64,000 nucleotides of DNA from Schizochytrium sp. TIO01 (Eukaryota > Protista > Bigyra: Labyrinthulomycetes): assembly GCA_004764695.1 (NCBI GenBank), contig SMSO01000014.1, forward strand, positions 553,648 to 617,647, written 5' to 3'. Every line of letters starts with the position of its first letter. Positions within the stretch are counted from its first letter, which is position 1. Shown in pieces: positions 45,730-58,267 of this stretch. The notes beneath the pieces were generated by a model that worked only from the letters and a program-made list of their open reading frames with translations, was not told the DNA's origin and did not search any database. The translations under genes were made by a program, and so were the position numbers.

Positions 45730-48700
45730 CTTAAGTGGAGGTTGAAGGACGAAAGCCGAAAGGGGTTCGCAGGCGAAACGTCGATGGGGGTTTGCTGCCT
45801 TCTGACGCCTGAAGCGATGGTGATGATGCTCTCGAAGTGCTCTTTTAAAAGATTTTATCGTGAAAAGTAATAAAAAACTATGTAAAAAAGATTTTCTTTT
45901 TAGCTGCACCTGCAGTAAAAGAAAGATATAAGTAGTAATCAGCTTTCAAGAGATAGAGACCATAATCGTGGTTGAAAACTAATGATAATAAAAATAAATA
46001 AGAGAAATTGGTGCTTTCGTTGGCCTGATCTAACCTTCTTCTGCAGCCCTTCGCTAAGGTGGCATTCGGGCTGTGAACAAATGCCGTCATGCTTTGTTCT
46101 CTTTGCGACTAATCTTCGATCTTCTGAGATCAGTGGTGGTAGAGGAGAGGATATTAGGTACTCCCAGTGAGTATCTTTTCTTTTTCTTTTTCTGTAAATC
46201 GGCTGTAGAATAGAAATTTTATTTAGAAGTAATAGGTACTCCTTCGATTGATTCAGGACTCTTGCTTGAATGGAAGTTGGAGTTCTTACTGTTCTTGAAG
46301 AATTGATGCCCTGAGATTCGCATGGCATGAGCACACAGAGCATACTACATAGCATCACCTCCAACGCACGCGCAATGCAGCGAATGACCCCCTGAAGACC
46401 ACGGCCCATCAGACTTACTCTGGCGATACCATCCTCATTTTGATAAAAGTTTACATTTTGTTTGATAAAAGACAACTTTCACAGAGAAGAAAAGAAAAGA
46501 AAAGAAACAAGAAAACAACTTTCACTTCTAAAAACAAAGACCTCTTAGCAGCTTTGTATAGTAGCTAGTAGGACTTGCCAGAGAAATTATAATTTTGTGT
46601 GGTGGGACCTGTAGTAAGAGTCAGATAACAGCTTCTAGGGTACCCAGGCCGGGTTTGGGTGGAGCAGGATCGCTATGAAGGCGATCATCAAGCGAAGAAG
46701 GTCGCAAAAAAGCGCAATTGAGAGTGAGAAAAAGGAGCTCAAGGCGCCCAGAGAGTGCCTGATGCCACAATGTACGATACATGCAGCTTCAACCAGCACC
46801 GCAGGAAAGATACTGCCTTGTAGCAAATATATATCCTTCAGGTTGCAAGTTTTGCAGTTCACCTCAAGCTTTTTTGCTTTTTTCTTTTTTCTTTCTTTCT
46901 TTCTTTCTTTCTTTCTTTTCTTTAAAGATGAAGAAAGATGGAATTGAATGGAATAGAGACGATTGACGCGGAGGATACGGATATGGGCTAGATACGGAAT
47001 ACTTTAGAAGGAGAAAGATATATTCGAGATAGTTGGTGCGAAATACCAGACTGCGTGATACCGCAGGCGTAGTTGCTATTGTATTCAAGCTGTTTCTTTT
47101 TCTTTTTCTTTTTCTTTTTAGTACTGTTCCTCATACAGAGATATAAATTGATCATTAAATAGAAAGAGAGACAAAACTTTTCTCTAAATTCCTTTTCGTG
47201 GTTTTTAGTTTACATTACATCCAAAGGTTTGTAGATAATAGTTGATCAAAGTTGGGCTTTGCAAAGATTGGATAATCGATGATGAAGAAGACGATCACGC
47301 TGACAGGAGTTGACTTGAGCATCGGTCGAGACGCATGGGAGCTTTTTCCTAGACATTGCCCTTGGGACCGAGCTTCTGCGAGAGCTGATAGCTCTTTAGC
47401 GACCTGGATGGGTCTTTTCCGTAGCTGGTGAGAGGCTCGATCGAGGATGCATGGATGCAAAAGCAGAAAAGCCCTGTCCTTCGTTTTCTGTTCCTTTTAC
47501 AAGTAGGCTCCAGGTATCTAAGTGGTGCATCCTCTCCGTGCACCAGTGAATTCTGAGATACAATGCGCCATTCACCCAGCATTCATTCATTCACTCATTC
47601 ATCTATTCATTCATTCGCTCATACGTTCATGGCCTCACGATTTTAACATCTTCAGTGGGATGGAGATCCACGCATGGCCAAAGCCCAAAAGCTTAGCTAA
47701 GTATCGCTGCTGGTTGCAGCGGAAGCGTATGTATAGAGCTTGGTGCTTCATAAATGGCCACCGCAGTGAAAGGAAAACAAGCAGACCTTATGGAATACCA
47801 AGAGAACATAAGGGCGTTTATCTTAGCTAGCTCTAGAGGAAGCGCGTGTAATGCTGTTTGTTCGCTTGCAGCAAATAAATAACTTGGAGCCGTAGATTGG
47901 GGCAAAAGGTTGATATCGCGCAGAACCTGCCATTGAAAATAGCTGTACCTATATGGATTGCCATGGATTGCCATGGAGATGTCGAGAGCTTGTGCTTGCG
48001 TGTGAAAGATTTTGTAAAATAAACACTCATCGTGCACGAGTGCCGACTAATTGGCAGGCGAAATTGATCTTCGCTGGCCCAAGGTATATGATAAAGCTGC
48101 TAACTTGAAAGTAGACTTGGACAAAGCTTACTCGTTCATCGATTCACGCATTCATTTATTTCGTGGCGGGAGTGCCTGGACCAAAGGAAATGCAACAAAG
48201 CGGCGAGCGTTCCCCTTTAGTTTCCCGCCTCTTCGTTCGCAGATTCCATGAAAAGAATCGGAAGAAACGAAAGAAAGTTAGCAAATCAATCAAATCGATT
48301 CAATATTTTCAATATCTATCTCAACACGACTGAAGGCAGGTACCTACGAGCTATATGGGCATGCAAAGATTAAATGCACATCGAGCTACGATGGCTTCAA
48401 AAACACAGTGTTCATGCACACAAATTCATCATGCAAAGCAAACCAAAGCAGCAAGTTTTTATAGCGAAAGGTAATTCTTCTTCTTCTTATTGTTATTACT
48501 ATTGTTATTACTATTATTTTTTAATTGAAAGTGTTTAATTTCTTTAAAATATACTATATTACTTTTTTAAACTAAAAACCTGCACAAGGAGTCAGTCACT
48601 ACACCTAGTCTGGTGCAGTCATGAATCTTCATCCAAGTTTATCTTCAGTTTTATTTTTAGAAAAATCATCCGAGTGGAAGAAACGTTGTACGCGCATAGG

Positions 48701-49641
48701 CATCGAGAGAGGATGTAGAAACGCAATTAAATCAACCAAAGTCAGACACAGCGCTCAAGTTGGTTTAAGAAAGGAGACTTCAAAAAGTCGGCTGAAGAAG
48801 ACCAGATTCATGATGCAAATTTCGTGTTTCGTTCTCTGCACCGTCGTCCTGTAAACCAGTCGCTCCTGACTCGAGAACTGGAATCGAACAGGATGAATCA
48901 AAGTATATCAGAACCTTTCATGAGTAACAAGCCTTGAAGCGAGGTTCAATGAAGCCTAAGGATAGATAACCTTGCGTCCAACACACCTTCCAAGCGTTGG
49001 GCTACCTACGAAGAATCTCTTATCTGCATGGAATGGAAGGCTGCTGTCACGTGCACTTAAATACGTACTACCTATCACCTGTGGTGATGATGCCCTTATG
49101 AAGAGATTGAAAGCACAGCATCGTTCATGTCATTATTAACGTATGTATAATGAAGCAACCCTTTTGTCTATCCTGAGGAATGTGCTCTAGCATGGCACTT
49201 GAACTCGAACACTACTTATACAGAACGGAGAATACAGCTCACATCAATAGCTGGGAAAAGACGCGGCATAATCATTTTGTGCTGGAAGACACTATGCGGC
49301 TCGTGAAAGATGAGTGTGAAGTTGCACCTTGGTAGATCAGTTGTCGCGAAAGCACTTAAAAGTGCCAGAAAGTCGCCGACTACAGTGCACTTGCATGGAA
49401 TTCCTCTCAAATGATTGAACGAGACGCTGTTCCTAAAACTGCTATTCACTATAATTTTTTCGTTAAATCCGCGGCGGAAGTAGCTCAAACCAAATAATTT
49501 TCATTGCTTGTCGCTCTATGAATGATGATAATAGTTTTTGCAAATTGCAGGGAAATACCTAGGTACTGATTACAAGATTTCACAAATTTATATTACTGTT
49601 TTTTATTTTCTATTTTCTAAATAAAGAAGCACGCAAGCAGA

Positions 49642-52600
49642 TTACCAAGATTGTGAGAGCGCCTTTGAATAATATACGGGACAATTTGAATTAACACAGT
49701 AATCCTTGTGAATAACACTTCCCGTGCAGGCCTGACATTGCCGGTCATGTAAAATGCGGGCCTGATCGCGGCGCTTTGAAGCTAACGCAATATACAGAGC
49801 CGTCTCCTGGGGTGTACTTAGACACTGTGGGCAAATTGGGAGCTGAGGATCAAAATCCTCAGCAGCATTAGAGTTCTGCCGTGTAGATGTTGCATTTCCC
49901 AGAGCAAATGAACGTTTGCAAACAACGCAGGTAGCAGACTGGAAGTAAGCACGGACCCCATCGCGATGTACAGGCCCTCCAAAACCATAATCTCGTGCTT
50001 GCAGCTGCACCGTCTGAGCTTTTCTCATTTGAGAGTACCATCGCTCCACATCGACATGGACAAGTCGAAATAGTCTCTGCAAAGGTTCAATCAGCTTACG
50101 CTTGATATAGTACGTCGCGTTAATACGAACACCCGGGCTTGGAGGCTGAACAAGGTCTGTAAGACGTGCACTTGGCAAGCCATCAGCTATAACGTACTGC
50201 ACCCGCTCTTTGTAAACTGGATATGCCATTGGATCAATTTTAGCCAAACGAAGTGCAACCGTAACAGAGGGTGGGTAGCTACCCGCTTTGTATTGCTCTT
50301 CGATAGGAGTGCGCACCTTGCTCGCAAAAACGAATTCTTTCACACTCACCTTATTTTCGAGAATTGCTCGGATGTGATTTTGAAAGACTTGCTTCGTGAG
50401 CGAGAGATCCCGAGAAAGAAATACGGACTGCAGCATATCGTTCATGATACGCTTCATGATTGGGCAAGAATCCCGGCGAATGTTTTCAAGACCTTTGCTC
50501 TCGATGCGTGCGGGCGGGTCCCCTGGTTTAGGAATAGACTCAAACTTTAATCCACAGTAGCGTTTCTTAGAAACAAGCATACAAGGCATGTATACCTTTT
50601 CAAACTGTAGCTTCATGGGATGAGGAAACTGCATGGTCATATGGTTGCATACCCAATTTGCGATATGAAACGCTGCCTCAAGCTTGCAATTATGAAATTG
50701 CACAAAAAGCGAGTCAGTGTCACCGTAAAGCACACGAGGACGCGATGGGCAAATTGACCGCCATGGTGAAGTCTCACTTTGTACCTCCCGCATGCTCGCC
50801 TCCAACGCCTGTTTTCCCATGACCACAATTGCATCTGCAAGAGTTGACATTGGCATTCGGCCTGAAAAAGATGCAGCTGTGTAACCATAAGTTACATTGG
50901 CAAGCATTTTAAGCGCAAGCTGTCGTGCATCCAGCACTCTGCGCCAATTATCCCAGCCCTCACGAGCGCACTTTTTCAAACCATCTTTTATGGCAAAACG
51001 TGTGAATAAAATCTCCCGCAACATGCATGGTAGCACGCCCTCCCGCACACTCTTTGTCAAAAAACATGCGCCATTACCCGTAATAAAGATTTCATCGTTG
51101 CTCAAAAGGCGAAGGATATCCTTTCGATCGGGATAGGCCCCACGGTCGCAAGCATGCCGTGAAAAGACTCCTGCTTCTTGGACCAGTGCGCCTGATGCAT
51201 CAACCTTACCAACAAAGGTAGAAAAGCAAAGATTGTATGCAATAATCACTGAAGGGTAGAGTGACCGAAAATCAAGGACTGCAACTGGATCCACATACAT
51301 ACTAGAGAGTGGCTCTAAATTTAAAGCGATATACTCTAAGCCAGGCTGAGATGCCACTTGATCTCGACTTGGACTCGGTAATACATAATTTTGTGGTTTG
51401 GCTACCCTGACCATGACTGCCTCCACCTGAAACTGGGATCCTCGAGTCATTGTTGAAAAAAAATCCATACCAAGTAACTTTGAAAATTCTGCTGTCTTTG
51501 TAATTACATCCAGATGCATGAGAACGTCATGTACACATGCCACGATATGACTTAGATGATTCATTGCTAAGTCACGTGTAGCTCGTGCATGAAACCGCTG
51601 GTAGAGGTAATGCTGTGAATAACGTGGCAGTGGACGTCCAAAAAACTCTTGGACTACATGCTCTAATGTATATTGAGCCAAATCGATCTCTTTCCGAATA
51701 ACACGCCAGATATTGAATACATGTCGCCCAGCTAGCCAAATCTGGCTATATTCAGTTTCACCCCATGCATCATTCATATGCCGCGGGTCTTGTGGACCAA
51801 GCGGGACCCGAGAAAGTCGAGATGCGTAATCGTCTAAGTTCAATTCTTCTGCACGTTTCAAAATATATCCTAGACTTCGGCGTTGAATCTCCCAACCTCC
51901 TATCACATCAGGATCTTGTGCTTGTACATAACGTACAAACTCATTAAGAACCATACGCTCACTTGTAAACTGAGCCCCGATAGCTTGGAAAATATGACGC
52001 TCAGAGATGAGTTCAGTATCTTCAAAGGTGGCTGCGTAAATGCAAAGAACCTCATCTTCTTTGGGATTCGACATCTTTTTGTTTCGTGTGGACGTAATGA
52101 CTTCGACAAGCGTAACACGACATATTTGTATATCCATGCGAGAGGTTGTATTATTATCTAGTGCTCGTGTACCCTTGTCAACTCGATCATCAATGCGGTT
52201 CTCAATGGCACCCTGCACGTTGCCTGCTTTTACAGATTCAGCAACTTCTTCATACGAGGGTGGCCTTCGGCGTGGAATCAGAATTGATTTATTTGCTTGT
52301 CCACGAGGGTAGCGAAGGAGCTTGCGCAAAGGCACTTTTGTTCGAGGTGCTCGTTCATGCCGCTCAAAGGCTGCATCAGCCGGGTCCGAAAAAAAGGGGC
52401 GGACGTGATGTTCGGTATTTTCTAGTACTGGGTCTGCGCACACTTCCTCAAAGCTTGGTGGCAAATCCCGTGGACGAAGAATAATTTGGGTATCCTGCGA
52501 AAACCCGGCAAAATTATCGAGGTCGACTTGCGAACTTCTGGCAAGTTTTGGCGAGGTAGCTTTTAACATCGAGTCACTCGTGTTCCTGATTCCCGAAACT

Positions 52601-54591
52601 GTTTTATGTGCAAGTGAGCTTCCTTGTTCTACTCTTGATTTTGGGCCAACAGGCTTCGATTTACTGTATTCACTTGTGTCAGAATGTGCTGGCTTCAACT
52701 TCCGCTGCTTTGGACATTTACCAGCTCTAAGCTGATGACTGTCAAGGTTCAGATCCTCCTCCTCCTCCTCCTCATTTTCTTCATCTTCGTAGTCACTGCC
52801 GCCAATACCTCTATGATCATCCTTTTCCTTAGTAATGCCCTCATCCTCACCAACTTCATCATCAAGAAGACATGTGATGGCATTTGATAGGTTAGCGACT
52901 GCGCTTTTTCGCTTCATACTCGTAAGATGATGGGTGTTGGATTTCAAAAGTTCACTTTCAACATCTTGAGTTGATAGCTGTCTATCCCAGTTCTCTAGTT
53001 CTTGTTGTGTCATGTGTGCTAAATTTTTGCCTTCGGCAAGATCTTCACGTTCTTCGAAATCGGGGCCATCAGCAGCAGAATCACCTTCTCCATCACCCGA
53101 AAACCGGTTTTCAGCACTCGCCCGTGGCGAAGGGTATTGGTTGTCATTGAGAGTACGGAGATATTCTATAGCGTCCTGAGTTAGTACATGTTCATCACCT
53201 GAGGCAGAGCCACTCAACTTATTGGGAGATTCAAATGTTGCAGGTGTAGAAAGATATGATGAAGACCTTGGCGATGGATCATTCAACACCAGCCATTGCA
53301 GCAGCCGTTCTCGAAGTTGAGAGTTACCTGAGGACCGCGCTCGATCGTCTGCAAGTGAAGCAGAGCGACTGATTTCTGCCTGGCTCCCTTGTGCTTCAGG
53401 GTTCACTCCGAGGGAGTCGCGTAACTCATCAAGCCACCCTCTAAGCGATGGTACATGCATGTGATTTGAGCCACGCGCCGCAGCTGTAGTTGCTGGCGAC
53501 GATTGACGACGATACACAGGTGCAATAATATTCCAAACGTTTACCTCAATCTCCCCAATCGGATATTGACCAGTCTGGCGCTTCACATGGCTTACCATGT
53601 CAAAGTCAGAGAGGCGAAGGTAGTTCATACCAGCAAGTTCGTAATCCGAAAGAAACTGGAGTAGATATGGAACATGTGTTTCATATGGCTGGAACTTGCG
53701 TCCCAGTTTGTGTTCTCCTGACTGTAGAAAACTCCCTAGCGGTTTGAGTTGCAGTGGATCTGTTATTTCTATCTTTGCAAAAGTTTCTGGCTTAGATTCT
53801 TGGTGATATCCATAAAAGTCAACGCCTTGACAGATAGTTACAGAAAAGATGATTTTAGCAAACTTAGAGTCTGTTAGGACATCTTCGAGCTGCTGAACAA
53901 AATAGTCAGAATCATGACCATGGACTTTGATGAACATATATGGCAGGCAATTGTGCACGTGAACAAGTAGAGAGTCACCATTCGGTTTGCGCCCAAACAC
54001 CCGGATCACGGGTAGTTCTGTGTCATCCTCGTCTACATAGTAATCCAAGTATAGGATGCTCACACGAATAATCTCTGTCCCCATATCCAAGCCATCTTCA
54101 ACCTCGTCATCTTGCTCGTCTTCGAGGCTCCCATCGTTTCCAATCCCATTCTCATTGTGCGCATCACGTTTGCCAACGTTATTAAGATCATCTGGTGAGG
54201 CACCTCGTGGCATGATGAGTAACGGAGGTCTGCTCCTGAGGACCTTGGTTCGGAGATCCTCATTCCGTTTCCTCTGAGGACTCTTTTTCCCTCTTGGTGT
54301 CAAATATGATCGTTTTTGCTGGAGTATGTGTTCTTGAAGAGGACTGTCTCTGATGGCGTGTCTTTGAGGTTGTTCTGGACGACTTTCCACAGCGTTCCTC
54401 TCCTCGCGGATAGTGGCGTCATCATCATCATCGTTGCCAGGTTTACTTCCATCCTTCTTGCTTATCATGTGCACCTTGTGATCCTCGAGAGGCCTCTCTA
54501 GTTGCTCCGAATGGAGCTGCGTTCCCTGTCGCTGGACCGTGAGCTTTGTCTGTGGAGTTCTCGCTGCAAACGTCTTGATGCTCGACACCAT
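49642..54591 (-). CDS. REV3: DNA polymerase zeta catalytic subunit
   Basis: PVIRVFG...VHVHNCLPY, FQPYETHVPYLLQF, TRGSQFQVE, LDFRSLYPSVIIAYNLCFST, RQLALKMLANVTYGYTAASFSGRMP, YGDTDS, KKRY, and C-terminal CysA/CysB clusters. Start codon uncertain (first ATG 54591). Confidence 0.95.
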   Translation of the reverse strand: MVSSIKTFAARTPQTKLTVQRQGTQLHSEQLERPLEDHKVHMISKKDGSKPGNDDDDDATIREERNAVESRPEQPQRHAIRDSPLQEHILQQKRSYLTPRGKKSPQRKRNEDLRTKVLRSRPPLLIMPRGASPDDLNNVGKRDAHNENGIGNDGSLEDEQDDEVEDGLDMGTEIIRVSILYLDYYVDEDDTELPVIRVFGRKPNGDSLLVHVHNCLPYMFIKVHGHDSDYFVQQLEDVLTDSKFAKIIFSVTICQGVDFYGYHQESKPETFAKIEITDPLQLKPLGSFLQSGEHKLGRKFQPYETHVPYLLQFLSDYELAGMNYLRLSDFDMVSHVKRQTGQYPIGEIEVNVWNIIAPVYRRQSSPATTAAARGSNHMHVPSLRGWLDELRDSLGVNPEAQGSQAEISRSASLADDRARSSGNSQLRERLLQWLVLNDPSPRSSSYLSTPATFESPNKLSGSASGDEHVLTQDAIEYLRTLNDNQYPSPRASAENRFSGDGEGDSAADGPDFEEREDLAEGKNLAHMTQQELENWDRQLSTQDVESELLKSNTHHLTSMKRKSAVANLSNAITCLLDDEVGEDEGITKEKDDHRGIGGSDYEDEENEEEEEEDLNLDSHQLRAGKCPKQRKLKPAHSDTSEYSKSKPVGPKSRVEQGSSLAHKTVSGIRNTSDSMLKATSPKLARSSQVDLDNFAGFSQDTQIILRPRDLPPSFEEVCADPVLENTEHHVRPFFSDPADAAFERHERAPRTKVPLRKLLRYPRGQANKSILIPRRRPPSYEEVAESVKAGNVQGAIENRIDDRVDKGTRALDNNTTSRMDIQICRVTLVEVITSTRNKKMSNPKEDEVLCIYAATFEDTELISERHIFQAIGAQFTSERMVLNEFVRYVQAQDPDVIGGWEIQRRSLGYILKRAEELNLDDYASRLSRVPLGPQDPRHMNDAWGETEYSQIWLAGRHVFNIWRVIRKEIDLAQYTLEHVVQEFFGRPLPRYSQHYLYQRFHARATRDLAMNHLSHIVACVHDVLMHLDVITKTAEFSKLLGMDFFSTMTRGSQFQVEAVMVRVAKPQNYVLPSPSRDQVASQPGLEYIALNLEPLSSMYVDPVAVLDFRSLYPSVIIAYNLCFSTFVGKVDASGALVQEAGVFSRHACDRGAYPDRKDILRLLSNDEIFITGNGACFLTKSVREGVLPCMLREILFTRFAIKDGLKKCAREGWDNWRRVLDARQLALKMLANVTYGYTAASFSGRMPMSTLADAIVVMGKQALEASMREVQSETSPWRSICPSRPRVLYGDTDSLFVQFHNCKLEAAFHIANWVCNHMTMQFPHPMKLQFEKVYMPCMLVSKKRYCGLKFESIPKPGDPPARIESKGLENIRRDSCPIMKRIMNDMLQSVFLSRDLSLTKQVFQNHIRAILENKVSVKEFVFASKVRTPIEEQYKAGSYPPSVTVALRLAKIDPMAYPVYKERVQYVIADGLPSARLTDLVQPPSPGVRINATYYIKRKLIEPLQRLFRLVHVDVERWYSQMRKAQTVQLQARDYGFGGPVHRDGVRAYFQSATCVVCKRSFALGNATSTRQNSNAAEDFDPQLPICPQCLSTPQETALYIALASKRRDQARILHDRQCQACTGSVIHKDYCVNSNCPVYYSKALSQSW

Positions 54592-55954
54592 CCCTGCTGG
54601 CAAGTCGAAGTCGCGGTACCTTCCGAGGGCGCCTCAGTCTCCGCACGTCGTACACGCGCGGGTTCTGTGGCATCTGCGCCGTGAAGAGCCTTGATCGAGT
54701 TTTGCGCAAGAACTGTCGATCGTTATCATTTTTTAAGTGTAAGCATGTCACCTTCGTGAGGGACTGCTTATTAATAAACCCATGATGCTTAGACGAGTGC
54801 AGCACTCGAGCATAATTTCTTCATGACGAATCTTCGTTCTTGGCTGACGATTAGAAGCATGGTTTTATGGGTGACATAATTTGGGCTTCAAGGAATGCAT
54901 TACTTACTGTCACCGGCGATTTTGGGTGAAACACGCAACACCTTAAGGAGAACACAATTGATTTGATGAATAATTAAATTTGCTAGGTGAAATAATCAAG
55001 TAGCTATGGTAGCTCAATTTGGGAAAGACAAGAACTTATGTTCGCCTACAAATTCTACAGTATGCCAAAGCTGATCCACGCGGGCGCCAAACATCACACC
55101 TATCGCATTCTTGATTTCCTCGCCATTAAAAGCATGGATCAACCAACTTTCGAGCTACAAAATCAGCAGCATGGGTCCCTGAGCACGCATTTGTTTTAAT
55201 CCTTCTCTGGAATTCTACCTTTTCCTAAACTCTCTGCTGCGCGAGAAAAAACGAAAGTAAAATAAAATAAATCAACACCTAAGTAAAACACAGCTTGTCG
55301 AATCTCGCTCGAGTCCAATTGCATAGATCTCAGAGAGGAGAATCAGTTAAGCACGCCCAGCGACCCATCCTTTGCACTTGGCTGCCTATAAGAATGCTCA
55401 AATGTTATTCTGCATGCAGGCATCTTGCTTCGGTTCTTCCTTGGGGTCTAAATATAAAGACACCGTTTGAGAGTCTTCTTTCTTTGCCCCTTCCTTTCCC
55501 TATTAATCTCATTCTTTTTCTTTTTCATGCTTGCGTGCACAGATTCTTCTTCGCTGCATTTAATCAATTCCGCTTTGCTGTTCGTCGTATTCTTCTTCGG
55601 CTGCACGGCTTGCGCCTCCCCACTTTATAAGCGTCTGCAGCCCCGAAGGTCTCCACAGCTTGAGGGCAGCCTCGAAGTCGGGTTTGCGGTCAAAAGCTCG
55701 CGCGAGAATTCGTTTAGGCTCGACAGCTTTGAGCCGGTTTGGTTAAACATCAGCCCTCAGCGAACAAAGGGTTGAACGAAGCGTTTGGGCGCAGTCTCTC
55801 AAGCCAGGAGTGCCCAAAGATTGTAGGGTTCTTCGACAAGATTCGTTTCTATCAAGGTTTCGTTGGATTTCGAAGGCGTGCGAAGGCGTGCGAAGGCAGT
55901 CGATCATATCGAGGCTGTTGAAGAAATTCGTCACAGTGATAACGTCTAGCAGAG

Positions 55955-58267
55955 ATGGCGTCTGGTGAAACCAATGCCGGGTCTGGGGCTGCAAGGCGTG
56001 CGAAGGCGACAGCAGCAGCAAGATTCTGGCGCGATTTCGGATTGGATACGCTCAAACAGGAGCTAGATAAACGTGAAATTGAAGTTTCTGAACATGTTGA
56101 GAAGACTGTGCTTTCCAGGAAACGGCTAGCGCAAGATACGAAAGCATTTCGCAAACTCACAGATGATGCTGACAAAGTCAAGAAGATTGGTCCTCTGCTC
56201 AGGGGCTATCAAGAGGACATCGACAGGCTCACGAAACGTGCGCGATTTGCAGAAACATCTTTTTTGGAGCTATACAAAAGTCTCTTCGAGGCGCCAGACC
56301 CAACCGAACTGCTAGAGATTATGGCGCTTGAGGACATTGATGCTCTTCGTGAGGAGAACGAACGTCTGAAAGGTGAGATTGAGGACTATGAAGATGAATT
56401 TACTAATCTCAAGAATCAGGATCTCACGATACGCACGCTTGAGAATGAGATAGCGACACTCAAGGATAACTTCCAGAAGGAAATGAAGAATATCCGGGAG
56501 CAGTTTCAGGAGGAACTGCAAGACAAACTCATGGCGAAGGAAGATGAATTGATTGGAGAGTTTGAAGAACGTATGAAAGATCTAATCGCCAAAGAACAAG
56601 CAGCGCAAGAATCATTTCAAATGGCACAAGCGAGGTTCGAGGAGGCTCAGGACAACTACGATCGAAGCCAAGAGGTGGTGTTTGGGCTCCGTGCAGCTAT
56701 GGAGGAGTCAGAAGCTGTCCGTCAGGCAGAAATCGACTTGCTCAGTGAAGACCTTGTTCGCGCTAACAGTCGAGTCTCGGATCTCCAGCTGAAGCTACGT
56801 GACTTGGAGGCTCGCCCGAACTCCTCTGTGTCATCGAACTTAACCTCTACTTCGCTTTCGTCAGGCCAGGACCGAGAACGTGTCCTTGAGCTAGAAGATG
56901 AGCTCGTTCGCAAGAGTGAAACAGAAGAGAACCTCCGCACTGAGATTTCCCGCTTGCAGTGTGCTGCAGAGGCAGCCTCCAAGGCTCATGAAAAGGCTCT
57001 AAATGACAACGAAGCAGCCCTTCGCCAACTCAAGGATGACGTTTTCAAAGCAACCGCAGAGCTGCACCAAAGACCTACTCAGGACGCCTTCAATAATCTT
57101 AAAAAGCAAATCGCTCTTTTACAAGCTGTAGATATTGGAAACATTGAAGATGACGACGAAACTCCCACAAGCCCATCTAGAGAAAATGGTTCAAATGCAA
57201 CTCGTGCGACTTTGAGTAACGCTGGTGACTTTGACAGCCAAGCATTGATCCTTAAACGCATTCGAAAACTCGAAGCGACTGCAGCTGGTCTTCGTGTGCA
57301 ATTAGATACTGAAAAGTCTGGACGAGAAAGTGCTGAGGCACGGTGTAAGCAGGCAGAAGAAACCGCAGAAGATCTTCGTACGGAACTAGATGAACTTCGT
57401 GAAGTAAATTCCAAACTTTTGCGGCGCAGCTCCAGTGATAGCTTGTTTCGACACAGCAATCAAATGGGGGAAGAAAGCACCACGCTAGCGGCGCTTTCAA
57501 CCTCATCGTCTGCAGCTTCAGCTCGTGACCGTCGAACAAGCACTCACAGTGATCACCAGTATGAAAATGTATCTACTGCTGATCTACTTTTGGCAGCAAC
57601 TGAAGATGTTGGACTTGGCAGCAACACCGACTTACCTGGCGATGCCTCTGCAGACTCTTTATTGAGTATCGTACAAGAACAGCGGAATGACTTTCGCAAA
57701 AGAATGTTAGAATTGGAATCCGAGCGTGACAAGCTAATCGTTCAAGTTCGTGGTGCTGAGCAGGATATTAGCACTTTGCAAAATGACAATGTAAATCTAC
57801 GGGAGAAAATTCGCTTTCTACAAAGTTATAGCACGCCTGACATGGCAAGTCAACATAAGCGTATTCACCCGAATCAGCGGGCTGACATTCGCATGAACAT
57901 TCCCAACTCCCTTGCTCGAGCTGGGTACAACGATGGCCTTGATCTAGAAATGACCGAGGCACGTTACCGCCAGGCCTACGAGGATAAAATGAACCCGTTT
58001 TCTGACTTTTCGGCGCGTGAACGTCGCCGAAGACTCCACGGGCTAAACATGTTTGATCGCACGACATACCAAGCCATGACATATTTTATGTCCAACAAGA
58101 ATGCTCGTCTTGGCCTCTTTATCTATGCGTTCGCGTTGCACGCGCTCGTTTTCTTTGTTTTATCAATGGGCACAAGCAGGGCCGCCTGTCTAGATATAGC
58201 AGCCCAGCCTGAGTTGGCTTTTATCGATGAGCCACTTAATCCTCTTGCTGACGACCGATCTATCTAA
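55955..58267 (+). CDS. CASP: CASP/COY1 golgin (CUX1-type N-terminus, coiled coil, C-terminal TM)
   Basis: SRKRLAQDTKAFRK, LLRGYQEDIDRLTKRARFAETSFLELYKSLFEAPDP, QRNDFRKRMLELE, DNVNLREKIRFLQSY, YEDKMNPF, TM with conserved Y and H (IYAFALHALVF). Confidence 0.92.
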   Translation: MASGETNAGSGAARRAKATAAARFWRDFGLDTLKQELDKREIEVSEHVEKTVLSRKRLAQDTKAFRKLTDDADKVKKIGPLLRGYQEDIDRLTKRARFAETSFLELYKSLFEAPDPTELLEIMALEDIDALREENERLKGEIEDYEDEFTNLKNQDLTIRTLENEIATLKDNFQKEMKNIREQFQEELQDKLMAKEDELIGEFEERMKDLIAKEQAAQESFQMAQARFEEAQDNYDRSQEVVFGLRAAMEESEAVRQAEIDLLSEDLVRANSRVSDLQLKLRDLEARPNSSVSSNLTSTSLSSGQDRERVLELEDELVRKSETEENLRTEISRLQCAAEAASKAHEKALNDNEAALRQLKDDVFKATAELHQRPTQDAFNNLKKQIALLQAVDIGNIEDDDETPTSPSRENGSNATRATLSNAGDFDSQALILKRIRKLEATAAGLRVQLDTEKSGRESAEARCKQAEETAEDLRTELDELREVNSKLLRRSSSDSLFRHSNQMGEESTTLAALSTSSSAASARDRRTSTHSDHQYENVSTADLLLAATEDVGLGSNTDLPGDASADSLLSIVQEQRNDFRKRMLELESERDKLIVQVRGAEQDISTLQNDNVNLREKIRFLQSYSTPDMASQHKRIHPNQRADIRMNIPNSLARAGYNDGLDLEMTEARYRQAYEDKMNPFSDFSARERRRRLHGLNMFDRTTYQAMTYFMSNKNARLGLFIYAFALHALVFFVLSMGTSRAACLDIAAQPELAFIDEPLNPLADDRSI

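Noticed and set aside
44701-45870. 389-aa plus-strand ORF antisense to the NDP kinase
   Set aside because: Shadow ORF expected from extreme codon bias on the opposite strand.
45939-46475. 178-aa minus-strand ORF upstream of the NDP kinase
   Set aside because: Non-ATG start, AT-rich, no motifs; likely 5'UTR/intron sequence.
49642-54603. Family B polymerase as a viral or Polinton marker
   Set aside because: Motifs are specifically REV3 (TRGSQF, SFSGRMP, CysA/CysB, REV7-binding motifs) and neighbours are ordinary host genes.
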